The position numbers and the translations under genes are program-made. The notes under the pieces are model-generated. The model was not told the origin of the DNA and ran no database searches. It worked only from the letters and a program-made list of their open reading frames with translations. Source: Arenicellales bacterium (lineage in GTDB: Bacteria > Pseudomonadota > Gammaproteobacteria > Arenicellales > JAJDZL01). Taken from it: a DNA stretch of 64,000 nucleotides. Where the stretch lies: the NCBI GenBank assembly GCA_965203865.1, contig OZ241916.1:934884-998883 (forward strand), written 5' to 3'. This document shows, in pieces, positions 1-9,655 of the stretch (the first letter of the stretch is position 1; the number at the start of each line of letters is the position of its first letter).

Positions 1-85
1 GTACTAAGTTGAACGAACTGTTGATGAATAAGACACGTTTGATGCAACAATTCAATAAACAAGATGGAAATAGCGAATCGGTAAA

Positions 86-520
86 TCATTCACATTCATG
101 CGCCGGTTGCATAATTCCGAAGTGACTTCCATCAGCGGCCTGAAGAATTGCAATTGTACCAACTTCGGGAACAAACCAAGGCTCCCGAATTATTTGACCA
201 CCTGAATCCACTGTTGAACGGCAAACATCAGAAGCGTCAGCAACTGCGATATAGCAAAACCAGTGATTCGGGGTTCCTGCCGGAGCCGTAGTAAACTGTA
301 AAGGGATCATTCCGGCAACAGGCTTCCCATTAAGTTCAAATACAGTGTAATCACCGCCCTGAGGCATTTTCATCGTACTTGCGTTCCAGCCAAAAACTTT
401 CTTGTAGAAAGAACCGGATGCTTCTACGTCGCTGGTGGCCAATTCGGTCCAGGCAAACATTCCAGGTTGTTGCATTTTTACTACTCCCAAATTTTGATAA
501 TTAAAGATTAATTCTTTCAA
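86..520 (-). CDS. VOC/glyoxalase-bleomycin-resistance family protein
   Basis: 144-aa ORF with VOC-fold-like sequence (FAWTELATSD..FYKKVFGW..HWFCYIAV). The true start may be the internal Met near 475 (MQQPGMF). Confidence 0.65.
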   Translation of the reverse strand: MKELIFNYQNLGVVKMQQPGMFAWTELATSDVEASGSFYKKVFGWNASTMKMPQGGDYTVFELNGKPVAGMIPLQFTTAPAGTPNHWFCYIAVADASDVCRSTVDSGGQIIREPWFVPEVGTIAILQAADGSHFGIMQPAHECE

Positions 521-563
521 ATTTCATTTTTAAGGTCAAGGTTCGACTGGTTGACATTAATAT

Positions 564-947
564 CTAACGAATTAGTCGTATCTCTGTGTCCAGGTTAATT
601 TTCTTCCAAATTCGGTCTGTTGTTACAGCCGGAAAATTGTATCGTCTGGAAAGAAATAAGCATGCACGGTCTCCGATAGACATGCCATATTTGATAGTGC
701 TGCCTCGAAGGTCTCCCACACCAAAAGCTTGGTCAGCGTCAAATGAAATGAGTTGCATGTTCAATTTATTTACAAATCCGCGAATTTCAACCGAGTTGTA
801 TCCGTTATCAGCGAGACGTGAACAAACTTCAGCAAGATTCACAGCTGAAATCAGTGCATTGCCTTTGTATTCTTCGACAATTTCACCTCCGGGTTCTTCC
901 TGAAGGTATGCCAGAATTGCTGATGCATCCAAAACAACTTTACTCAT
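564..947 (-). CDS. vapC: PIN-domain toxin (VapC-like ribonuclease)
   Basis: 127 aa. Acidic PIN residues are in the expected order (VLDASA, NLAEV, IGDRAC, TTD). An 8-nt overlap with the upstream AbrB-type ORF is typical of toxin-antitoxin coupling. Confidence 0.8.
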   Translation of the reverse strand: MSKVVLDASAILAYLQEEPGGEIVEEYKGNALISAVNLAEVCSRLADNGYNSVEIRGFVNKLNMQLISFDADQAFGVGDLRGSTIKYGMSIGDRACLFLSRRYNFPAVTTDRIWKKINLDTEIRLIR

Positions 948-1794
948 AATCGAAACTTTCCATTATCCGTTCTTCATTCATGGCTTCCCTACGACGTTCT
1001 GCGATTAGTTCATCTGCCAAACTGACTCCTTCGGGTATGTTGTTTCTTAGCTTTTGGCGTAACTTCTTTAGAAACGTATCGCCGCTCACAATACTTAAAC
1101 TGTCTTCTTCACAATTCAACAGGACATCATCACCTTCTTGAACTCCGAGATGTTTACGAATTTCTGCAGGGATAACTATTCTTCCTGCGGGACCTATGAC
1201 CACCCATGCTCCTTCGGGTATTTTCAGTTTTTGCTGTTCATTTGCCAACTTTTTACTCACAGAAGATTTAAGCTGCGTATCAAGATAGCCTTTCCGGACC
1301 AGAACATTGCGAACATATTGATATCGGATACCCAGAAAGTCTCTTATTTCAGTTCGACTGTAACCTTGCTGATACAACGCCTGAATTTTTTCGGCAGTAG
1401 TAGAACATCCCTCAACTATGCGACCCATTGTTGTTCCTTTATCATCAGAATGCTGGACAGCCAATGAAGAACTGGGCGGTAACTTTTGAAATCGCGGAGT
1501 ATTTGCAGTTTGATTGGAATTGGATGGTCTGACTTCTGCATCTTCATAGCCACTGTGTGTTAATACTTTACAAACACGCTGCTTGGCAGTTTTCAGAAAT
1601 TCAGCTATTTCGCTACGACTATATCCCTTGCAATACAGTGCACGAATTTTGTTTTTTTCACAAACTAAATTGCCAGTAATTTGCTCCATGGCTTTTGTTT
1701 TTTTCGCACTTAGTTGTTTAGGCATTTGTCCGTATAAAATTTCTTGTTGTAAGAGGATGTTTATAATTTTGCCATTAGTTCTATTAATTGTCAA
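940..1794 (-). CDS. AbrB/SpoVT-type antitoxin-like protein with two N-terminal HTH-like repeats
   Basis: The C-terminal segment GRIVIPAEIRKHLGVQEGDDVLL resembles an AbrB/MazE swapped-hairpin. It is preceded by two internal repeats (KIRALYCKGYSRSEIAEFL..VCKVLTHSGY and KIQALYQQGYSRTEIRDFL..VRNVLVRKGY). The start codon is uncertain because several internal Met codons exist. Confidence 0.6.
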   Translation of the reverse strand: MTINRTNGKIINILLQQEILYGQMPKQLSAKKTKAMEQITGNLVCEKNKIRALYCKGYSRSEIAEFLKTAKQRVCKVLTHSGYEDAEVRPSNSNQTANTPRFQKLPPSSSLAVQHSDDKGTTMGRIVEGCSTTAEKIQALYQQGYSRTEIRDFLGIRYQYVRNVLVRKGYLDTQLKSSVSKKLANEQQKLKIPEGAWVVIGPAGRIVIPAEIRKHLGVQEGDDVLLNCEEDSLSIVSGDTFLKKLRQKLRNNIPEGVSLADELIAERRREAMNEERIMESFDYE

Positions 1795-2014
1795 TATTTT
1801 CTTAGTATGTCATATATCTGTATACATTGACTAACAATTTCCAATGGTGAAGCCGCCTGTCAGCCAAGCATGGCATCAGTTTTACTATTAACTTTGAACA
1901 AATTGTTTCCGTGGATATCAAGGAAGTGAATCAAGAATTCCTTCAGAATGGTCAGTAACGCTTTAAAGTTCTCCGTGTGCTATTCTCGTGTCAATCGCCG
2001 AGTAATGGAAAAAA

Positions 2015-3157
2015 CTAAGGAAGGTTGAGTTCTTTGCAAAACGTGTGAAAGGGCAAAACTCTATATCCTTTGACAACATAGTCTCTTGCGCCTAGGTGCA
2101 CTTGGTAGAATTTCGGAATTGCAGTTCGTTCATTGAAGTAATTGATCGCTGGGCTTAAACCTGTCTCACCTGTTTTGCACTCTACTGCGAACAAAGGCTT
2201 GCGGTCTTGCAGTACCACGAAGTCAATTTCCCGCAAATCAGTGTCCCGAATAAATTGAAGTTCCATTCGGTATCCTTCAGTGTCTTCTATATAGTGGCAA
2301 TACTTTAGTAACTGGGAAGCGACCATGTTTTCAAATCTTGGTCCTTCGTCGGGTACTTGCGACCAGTCCCACAAATAAAGTTTCTTCTCCTTTTTCACTG
2401 CCCGAATTCCAGGCGACCCAAATGGCCGAATTCGAAAGCAGACGTATAAATTTTCCAAGATTGCAACCCAGCGTTCGACAGTTTCGTGTGCGACGAGCAA
2501 GTCTTCTCGTAAATTGCGTATTGACAGGGGAGAGCCAACACGTTGTGGCAATGCTTCCAAAAGCAATTCAATTAAATCAACTTGTCTTACGTTTTCAAGG
2601 GTGCGCAAGTCTTCGTAAACAACTCTGGAAATTCGTTCCCGATGCCAGCGCCGCCAAACTCTGGTGTTGTTCGATAGAAGAGGTTCTGGAAAGCCACCAA
2701 ATTTCATCAACAATTCCACATCGGATTTTGTGGGGTGAGGGTTCATCTCGCGAAGTGAGAACGGGTGAAGTCGATAATAATGATATCGCCCCTGCAAAGA
2801 ATCTCCGCCCTTACGGTAATGGTCCAGACGAGCCGAACCTGTAATCAGAAATGAAACTTCATCTCTTCTTGTATCATAGAATCCTTTTACAAGATTTCTC
2901 CAGCGGGAATATTTGTGAATCTCGTCAAGCACGATTAGCCCTTTGTTGCTCGGTAGTATTCCTCTCAGAAGATTAGGGCGTTCAGTTGAGTCATCCCAAT
3001 TGAGGTAAGCTGAATTTCGGTTTGTTGACGGTTGAAGGAATGATAAGCCCAAAGTAGTTTTACCAACTTGCCGAGGTCCGCCAACAAACACCATCTTTCT
3101 TTCCAAGTCTGATTTTACTGGCAAGAAAAGATAGCGGTCTAATAAACTTTTTTTCAT
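2015..3157 (-). CDS. AAA+ ATPase, COG1373/DUF4143-type
   Basis: 380 aa. Walker A GGPRQVGKTT, Walker B-like LIVLDEIH, and a C-terminal segment with a nuclease-fold-like pattern (REIDFVV..AVECK). Confidence 0.75.
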   Translation of the reverse strand: MKKSLLDRYLFLPVKSDLERKMVFVGGPRQVGKTTLGLSFLQPSTNRNSAYLNWDDSTERPNLLRGILPSNKGLIVLDEIHKYSRWRNLVKGFYDTRRDEVSFLITGSARLDHYRKGGDSLQGRYHYYRLHPFSLREMNPHPTKSDVELLMKFGGFPEPLLSNNTRVWRRWHRERISRVVYEDLRTLENVRQVDLIELLLEALPQRVGSPLSIRNLREDLLVAHETVERWVAILENLYVCFRIRPFGSPGIRAVKKEKKLYLWDWSQVPDEGPRFENMVASQLLKYCHYIEDTEGYRMELQFIRDTDLREIDFVVLQDRKPLFAVECKTGETGLSPAINYFNERTAIPKFYQVHLGARDYVVKGYRVLPFHTFCKELNLP

Positions 3158-3289
3158 GAGTAATTTAGCATTAATTCTAAATTACTCATTAGTATAGTCG
3201 ACTTTACACTAAATTATCGACTAATCATTATTTGTATGCTCAGTAAAAATCTTTCTATTTTTACGGAATCTAACACTAATCTGTTTTCA

Positions 3290-3471
3290 GATTTAAACTT
3301 TGTTGAATGGATAAATTCTATTCACTATTGTCAGTGATTGGACCGTTGTTTGAAGTATTCGCTTTAATCCCTTTTTCATCAGGTCAATTCTTCTCACGCA
3401 GCGAATGGCCACAAAGGACGAAATGAAGGTTCTGTCTTAATCCCTTTTTTATCAGGTCAATCCATCTCACG
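3290..3471. repeat. CRISPR-like direct repeat: two good 35-36-nt copies plus one degenerate copy, period 72-73 nt
   Basis: Copy 1 at 3362-3397 (ctttaatccctttttcatcaggtcaattcttctcac) matches copy 2 at 3435-3470 (tcttaatcccttttttatcaggtcaatccatctcac) at 31/36 positions, with a ~37-nt unique spacer between them. A third copy at about 3290-3325 matches 21/36. The reverse complement reads GTGAGAAG...GGGATTAAAG, which resembles known CRISPR repeat termini. No cas genes are present in the window. Confidence 0.45.
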
Positions 3472-3569
3472 ACTCATTGCAACAGATATGCGATCATTCC
3501 AGCACCACTTGAGCGGCTTGCTGTGATGATTTAATACTTCGGATATGCTCATTTGATTTGATATTTGTT

Positions 3570-4205
3570 TTAATAATCAAATTCAAGTAGCAAATCGGAA
3601 TCGCCTTCTCTTGCTTTACCCCAATTCACTTCACCTGTCTTTACAAGATTCCTTAAAACCTTTGCCGCTTCGGACGGGACAAGCGGGTTCTTCATGTAGT
3701 TGAAAGAAACCTTGTGAAACAATCGGAATGCCTGTTTCTTATCCAATCCAAGTATTTGTCTGGCGTATCGATAAACGTCCATCGTGATTACCTTGCTAAT
3801 ATCATAGTCCAAGGCTACAGCGTGTCCAGCAATATCTGCTGGTCTTCCATCGTCGAACTTGTATTTGCTTTGATTGAATTCTTCATTTGGCAGGCTATCA
3901 AAACGGTCAGCAAGTTCAAGGAGTTTTTCAAAATTAACCAGCCATGCTCCCCCAATGTAAAGCGTAGAAACTTCAGGGTCAAAGGGATGCCTTGTTGACC
4001 ATGCCAATTCAGCAGCACTATGTTCCTTGCGACCTGCATCAGCAACTTGGTACCGAGTTGGCATCCATTTATGCTCGTCATACCAATTTACCCGAATTTG
4101 CGAATCATAGCGGTTAAAATCCGCCCTTATCTTGAAATCGCATAAGTCGTCGTTTTTAAATACCATGCGACAATGCACTGTTTTACTTCCGTCTTTCATT
4201 TTCAA
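3570..4205 (-). CDS. hypothetical protein (no recognisable family)
   Basis: 211-aa ORF lying 60 nt downstream of, and co-directional with, the exonuclease-BRCT gene. I recognise no motifs. Confidence 0.5.
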   Translation of the reverse strand: MKMKDGSKTVHCRMVFKNDDLCDFKIRADFNRYDSQIRVNWYDEHKWMPTRYQVADAGRKEHSAAELAWSTRHPFDPEVSTLYIGGAWLVNFEKLLELADRFDSLPNEEFNQSKYKFDDGRPADIAGHAVALDYDISKVITMDVYRYARQILGLDKKQAFRLFHKVSFNYMKNPLVPSEAAKVLRNLVKTGEVNWGKAREGDSDLLLEFDY

Positions 4206-4265
4206 ATCTTCCTTTAATTACTATTGTTCAAGTAACTTCTATTCCTGATTATTCATGCCATTCGA

Positions 4266-5231
4266 CTATTTTGCTACGCTTTGTGGCATGGAGGTTATAG
4301 CGTTGGTAGCACTCATAAGCTCAAAGAAGTCTGTTTCTGAAATTATCCGAATATCGAACCCTGTTCCAATCAATTCTTCCGCTTTTCTGTGTTTTGAACT
4401 CTTATCGTAGCCTTCTTTCAAGAATGCTTTATTCTGAATACCGGCGACTAGTATGGTAGTTTTACGAGTTACAGATTCGACAACCTTGCAACCCGCTTTG
4501 TCGGCAATATCCGCCGCTTTGTAGCGCGGGATGGTAAGGACTCCTGTAAATACCATTATCTCCCCGTACAAGTCGCCTTCAATATTTCCTTCGCGTTTTA
4601 TGTAATGCTTTGTGTGCTTTATAGGCTTTGTACGCTTATGCTTGCTAGGGAATATAGGTTGCTCTACGCGTATTAGCCAGTCATCAATATCCATTCGACT
4701 GGAATCGCATGCTTGCAAGACAACCTCAGCGGCGGCTCGGGCATCCTCCAATGCATCGTGATGCTTGAATTTTATGCCCAAGTCATACGCTATATTCTTG
4801 AGTCCGTATCCAGAATGACCGTAATCTTCGGGCCATGCTCGTCTTGCAATCTTCGCACTATCAAGCCATTTGACCTGCAACTGTTCGAGATTGTAACGAC
4901 TCATGCATCGTTCAAACGCAACCCTGTCGAATGATGTATGACTGACTAAAACCGAACCACGCAGTCTTTTACGCAACTCGTCCCGCAACTCTGGCATGGT
5001 TGGACTTTCCTTAACATGCTTTTCCTTTATTCCGTGTATTGATACATTCAAAGGGTCAAACCAGCACTCCGGATTAACGAGAGTTTGCCACGGGTCCTTG
5101 ATTTCACCGTTTTCAACCTTCACTATTCCAATCTGGCAGATGCTTGCACGGTCAGCGTTAGCGGTTTCAACATCTATCGCATTGAAAGTTCTATTCATTT
5201 TCAAATCCCCTTGACTACTTCCCTGATTCAC
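4266..5231 (-). CDS. DEDDh 3'-5' exonuclease (DnaQ-like) fused to a C-terminal BRCT-like domain
   Basis: Exo I AIDVETA and Exo III HHDALEDA motifs. The C-terminal part (VFTGVL..KAGCKV..TTILVAG) is BRCT-like. The likely start is an internal Met (MNRTFNAIDVET). Confidence 0.7.
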   Translation of the reverse strand: MNQGSSQGDLKMNRTFNAIDVETANADRASICQIGIVKVENGEIKDPWQTLVNPECWFDPLNVSIHGIKEKHVKESPTMPELRDELRKRLRGSVLVSHTSFDRVAFERCMSRYNLEQLQVKWLDSAKIARRAWPEDYGHSGYGLKNIAYDLGIKFKHHDALEDARAAAEVVLQACDSSRMDIDDWLIRVEQPIFPSKHKRTKPIKHTKHYIKREGNIEGDLYGEIMVFTGVLTIPRYKAADIADKAGCKVVESVTRKTTILVAGIQNKAFLKEGYDKSSKHRKAEELIGTGFDIRIISETDFFELMSATNAITSMPQSVAK

Positions 5232-5447
5232 ATACGAGCTGAACGAACATCACTTCGCCAGCATTCTTGCAGAACTGGCACTTATACCACTTTGAAGTAT
5301 AAGCGTTTTAATAAAACCTTATCAAAGTAAGTTGGATAGATTGAACTTGCGGAATGTGAGGCACCTCGCACCACGAGACAAGAATAGTTTTTTCACGAAT
5401 TGAAATAGGGTGGATTGGAAATATCGATCAAAACATGGAATTGAATT

Positions 5448-6350
5448 CTAATCATTAGCTGCTCTGGGAGATGAAGCAGGTTGAGCTAGAGTATCAATTA
5501 TTGCAGCACCCATTATCAGTACTACTCCAATTCCATGCGTCCAACCGAAAGGCTCCCCGGATAAGGTAGCTGCAGATACGACTCCAAAAATAATTTCAGA
5601 CATGAGCAAAATTCCTACTCGCGTCGGACTCAGTTTCTGATTAGCCCAAAACAGCAAAAACATTGAAGGAAAATATGCGATGACAAAAACTACTAGCCAT
5701 CCTTTACCCGCCAGAATTGAATCAAAGCTGGGTGCGTGGCCAAACGCTTCAATCGGAAGCAGTATAAAAACAGCAGATGCGATTACCGCACCTATATAGA
5801 ATGCTCCGACTTGCTCCCAAACTTTTGCTTTTACATCCCTGCGAATTCTCACTGAAGCATATGCCCAAAACATGCCGGATAGCAGGGCAATCCAGTCTCC
5901 CAAGTTTGATGGACGCGGAATACCGTTGTCAATCCCCAGAATCACTGCTAATCCCGCAAGCCCTAGAACTATCGCTACCACTCTAAATCTTGTAATTGTT
6001 TCCCGAAGCAGGAGTTTTCCAAGAAGGGCAGTCCACACTGGCATCAAGTAGAATAGCAGGACGACTTTGACAACTTCTGTTAGCCCAACTCCAGAGGCGT
6101 AGAAAATCACAGCAACCCCGGAAAATATTCCGGTAACTATGATTTCTCCTGGCATGCGTTGCGTGCGAATCCATTGAATCAAGAATGCAAAGGAAAAGAA
6201 TATTCCTACTACTCCAAGTGTCAAAAAATTCGCCCATATTGGAGAAACACCGATTTCATCCAACTCGCGTATTGGAATCCAGTACAAGCCCCATAAAGCA
6301 CCGCAGGCGACTACAGATATGCTGGGGAGCAAAGTGCGTTCGGAGCTCAA
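5448..6350 (-). CDS. EamA/DMT-family transporter
   Basis: 300 aa with about 10 hydrophobic segments arranged as two EamA-like halves. Confidence 0.8.
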   Translation of the reverse strand: MSSERTLLPSISVVACGALWGLYWIPIRELDEIGVSPIWANFLTLGVVGIFFSFAFLIQWIRTQRMPGEIIVTGIFSGVAVIFYASGVGLTEVVKVVLLFYLMPVWTALLGKLLLRETITRFRVVAIVLGLAGLAVILGIDNGIPRPSNLGDWIALLSGMFWAYASVRIRRDVKAKVWEQVGAFYIGAVIASAVFILLPIEAFGHAPSFDSILAGKGWLVVFVIAYFPSMFLLFWANQKLSPTRVGILLMSEIIFGVVSAATLSGEPFGWTHGIGVVLIMGAAIIDTLAQPASSPRAAND

Positions 6351-6484
6351 GTCGCTATAGTAAATGTGTTGGCCAAAACTATGGCCATGTTTACCAACTG
6401 TAGAGATTGGTGGATAGGTGAATCAATCTCGGAAATATCACTCAGGTTCTCTTGAAAAATCTAAATATTGCAACTTGCCCAAAA

Positions 6485-9400
6485 TTAGTTTACAGGTGCA
6501 AACAATTCTGAAATGTAGTTGTATCCTTCAATGGAATCGAAAAATAAAATGTGCTTTTCGGAAAACTTCTGAATATTCCACTCTTGATAGCCAAGCTTTT
6601 GTTGCATGGTTGAATAAGGAGTCACTGAGATGATAAACGAATCTAAAAAGATATTTTCCAAATTGGTGCGAGCACTGATTGTTTTCGATAATCTAGGCAG
6701 TATTTCGTGCAATCTTGCTTTGTCATTGTTTTCGTAAGGTTCTTCATGCATCATGCCGTGTACTTCAACGAAAACAATTCTTTGACTTCTAGAGTCTTTA
6801 ACCCATAAAATAAAATCAGGATAGAAGCCGCGTTTGTCGAAAAAACTTATACCTTCTCCATGACTCAGGTTGCGTGAAACAAATATTTCCTTGCCTGCCA
6901 AAGAGTTGTCTTTTTCAGATTGCCAGAATTGCCGTAAATCATCCACGAATTTTCGTTCGCTTTCATTCAGAGATGGTGGCGTACTTTGAATGTCGTCATC
7001 CGAAGCAACAAGCAACGGTTGATAAAGGAGGCGGTCGAAATGTATGATGCGCAGTTGTCGTTCTTTCCAAAAATTCATCTCGCCATTTTCTTCAATGAGT
7101 TTTTGGATTTCAGTGATGCGTCCCGTTTCTGCCGGGGTGACCTGCACCGTATAGTCTTGAAAAATTGAATCGTCTTCACTGAGTTGTTGATATGTCATTT
7201 GACTTGATTCCCACTTTTCTTTTCGCACTCGAAAATACTTGTCAATGTATTTTTTAAGAATCGTAACAATAGTTTCATGAAGTACTTTTTGGGTATCGGC
7301 AAATGATTTCGGGTTGGTCACTAGTTCGTCAGCAAATAAATGGTAAATATTCTCACTTTCGGGACGCTCCAATATTTTTCTTGGTGTATCCGAGAATATG
7401 GCAATGTTCGTATATCCTTTTACTTGCTTGTACTGAAGAAGCTCAAGATAGATTCTTTCCCAGTCGACAAGGTCTAGCATATCGGAAGAAATGTATCTTT
7501 TTTGTCCTGCAACCGCCTCCGAAGATATGAGCTTGTTGCCGCTACTTTTCAATGCCTGAATTTTGTAAGACAAGTCTACCCGAATGAAAGAATTCTTTTT
7601 GGGTTTCAGTAGAAAGGATTTTTCGTCAAGAAAGTTGCTGGTTTCTGGTAAGCGAGGCAGCACTAACCCTCTATCTAAAAATTCTTTATTTGGTTTAATT
7701 CTAAGTGGCATTTCGACCTTGTACGTTGTATCTATCCCTTCGTCTTCCAGAAATTTCCGAAACTTCATCATGTAATTTGCCCGTAGCGAAAAAATATTTA
7801 ATGTTTCCAGATAACCAATGTTCTGCGGATGACTCCCGCTAAGTGCTGCGCTTCTTTTCAGACTGAAATCCATTCCTCTGAGCCGCACTCCACGCCCGAA
7901 CAGCTGGATAATTCCCGAACCTGCTTTAAGACCGATATTCAGCAACCCCATATTGGAAACACGCCACGAATTCCAGCCTTCCATAAACTTCTTGGCTCCG
8001 ACCAGTACATCAATCGTAGTGTCGGGATTGTTTACGCTGTCGAACAAGGAACCGGCGATTACGTCTTCCTCCAGGACAATTCCGGAACTATCGTCTTGAA
8101 CCAGATTTCTGAACCGACCTGTGTCTCCGATATATATGAGTCCAAAATAGTCGTCAGCACCGCTTGCTTTCAGACCAATTTCACCCGCGTTACCCCGAAT
8201 ACTGCACAAGTGAAGACTACCGCCACCAGGAGCGTGAAATACCTTGGCAAGAATATCCTCGTACAATTTTTCTGGAGATAAGCCATTAACTCGAAGAAAT
8301 TCGAATTTACCATCAAAAGCATCTTTTCCCTCGGGTGTCTTTAATCCTGAATTGCCTTGAATGAGATTATCGACCCACTCCAGTACCCAACCATGTTTAT
8401 TTTGCAACACATGATGCAGAAACCGTGCAACAGTCAAGACATCACTCCGTTTCTCCTTTTGGTCAATATAAACTGCATTTACTGTGCTGCCGACAAATAC
8501 CCACAATGGCTTGTCTATACTGTACGGACGAAACAGTTCGATATTCTCCTCGTATATTTTGAGTTGTTCGTAAAAGGAAAGCAGATTGCCGAGCAGTAAC
8601 ATCTCCGTGTTCTGGACTGTTGTCTCATCCTTCATGTTCAGAATATGGAAATCCTTGCCAAATCCGTCGCGATGGAAATAGCGGTATGAATAGTCGAACA
8701 GTATCGATTTTCCATACTCTTCAGTAAGTTGCTCGTTCTTCGCTGCTGTAAGGGCCTGCCCGAATGTTGCGCTGTACTCGAAAGTAAACCCCATTCCGCC
8801 CAGAGAGTCGCGAAAGCTTCGCCAGGTTTCGCCGCCTGAGCCTTTGTGCCCCTCGTCGACAAAGATCAAGTTGTTGCCCTCGAAAGCCTCTACAGGTACG
8901 CTTGCTCCACCGCCTCTTTTCTCTTCGACAAGCTTGGTAATTTCGATCACTTGGACCGTGTTCTTGCTGTCCGAAAATAGTCCGCGCCCGTCCAGGCCAA
9001 AACTACAGCATGGAATATTTGACAAGGAAAAGTCGTTCAAATGCTGCTCGCTCAATCCTTCATTTGGCGTAATGAGAATAATGTTGTCAAGCGGCATATT
9101 GCAGTAGTGGAGAAATTGTCGATAATTGATGTGCATGATAAGGGTCTTGCCACTACCTGTAGCCATCCAGTAGGCTAGCTTGTTCAAGTCATCTTCTGTA
9201 AAAACTGTACTGATATGCTGATAAACCCGGCTAGTGGCATTCAAGTTTGCTACAAATTTGTTTAATGCCTGTCGCAGTTCTCCGCGTTGGTTAAAGTATT
9301 TGTCCAGATAAACTTCTGTGTACAGGACGGATAGATGCTGAAAATATCGTAGTGTAATTGGTTCGAATCGATTTGTATTCATCAAGCGTACATGGTCGCG

Positions 9401-9655
9401 AATGTTGTTGTCGTAGCGCGACAGGTCATATTGCGAAATGCTTACCTTGTCTCCCCGGGATAGTAATAAATGGTAAAGGTAGCTGTGGATGCCATCCGGT
9501 GAATTGAAACCTTCTTTGATTTTCTTTGCGTCAGCCAACAATTCGCGATTCTGCTCATATCCAAACAAACTATGCATCCAACCAAGCAGAAGCAGACGCT
9601 GTTCAAGTCTGACGTGGTTTTTGCTTCCAGACCGAAATTTCTTCTGAACCGCCAT
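6485..9655 (-). CDS. SF2 helicase (type III restriction Res-like) with a C-terminal PD-(D/E)xK-like segment
   Basis: 1056 aa. Motif I MATGSGKT, motif II VDEGHKG, motif III YSATF. The C-terminal FYPDFILWV..IVFVEVHG is nuclease-like. The ATG at 9655-9653 directly follows the TAA of the upstream ORF. Confidence 0.75.
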   Translation of the reverse strand: MAVQKKFRSGSKNHVRLEQRLLLLGWMHSLFGYEQNRELLADAKKIKEGFNSPDGIHSYLYHLLLSRGDKVSISQYDLSRYDNNIRDHVRLMNTNRFEPITLRYFQHLSVLYTEVYLDKYFNQRGELRQALNKFVANLNATSRVYQHISTVFTEDDLNKLAYWMATGSGKTLIMHINYRQFLHYCNMPLDNIILITPNEGLSEQHLNDFSLSNIPCCSFGLDGRGLFSDSKNTVQVIEITKLVEEKRGGGASVPVEAFEGNNLIFVDEGHKGSGGETWRSFRDSLGGMGFTFEYSATFGQALTAAKNEQLTEEYGKSILFDYSYRYFHRDGFGKDFHILNMKDETTVQNTEMLLLGNLLSFYEQLKIYEENIELFRPYSIDKPLWVFVGSTVNAVYIDQKEKRSDVLTVARFLHHVLQNKHGWVLEWVDNLIQGNSGLKTPEGKDAFDGKFEFLRVNGLSPEKLYEDILAKVFHAPGGGSLHLCSIRGNAGEIGLKASGADDYFGLIYIGDTGRFRNLVQDDSSGIVLEEDVIAGSLFDSVNNPDTTIDVLVGAKKFMEGWNSWRVSNMGLLNIGLKAGSGIIQLFGRGVRLRGMDFSLKRSAALSGSHPQNIGYLETLNIFSLRANYMMKFRKFLEDEGIDTTYKVEMPLRIKPNKEFLDRGLVLPRLPETSNFLDEKSFLLKPKKNSFIRVDLSYKIQALKSSGNKLISSEAVAGQKRYISSDMLDLVDWERIYLELLQYKQVKGYTNIAIFSDTPRKILERPESENIYHLFADELVTNPKSFADTQKVLHETIVTILKKYIDKYFRVRKEKWESSQMTYQQLSEDDSIFQDYTVQVTPAETGRITEIQKLIEENGEMNFWKERQLRIIHFDRLLYQPLLVASDDDIQSTPPSLNESERKFVDDLRQFWQSEKDNSLAGKEIFVSRNLSHGEGISFFDKRGFYPDFILWVKDSRSQRIVFVEVHGMMHEEPYENNDKARLHEILPRLSKTISARTNLENIFLDSFIISVTPYSTMQQKLGYQEWNIQKFSEKHILFFDSIEGYNYISELFAPVN

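Noticed and set aside
2338-2844. 168-aa plus-strand ORF.
   Set aside because: It is antisense to the Walker-motif-bearing AAA ATPase gene and has no supporting signals.
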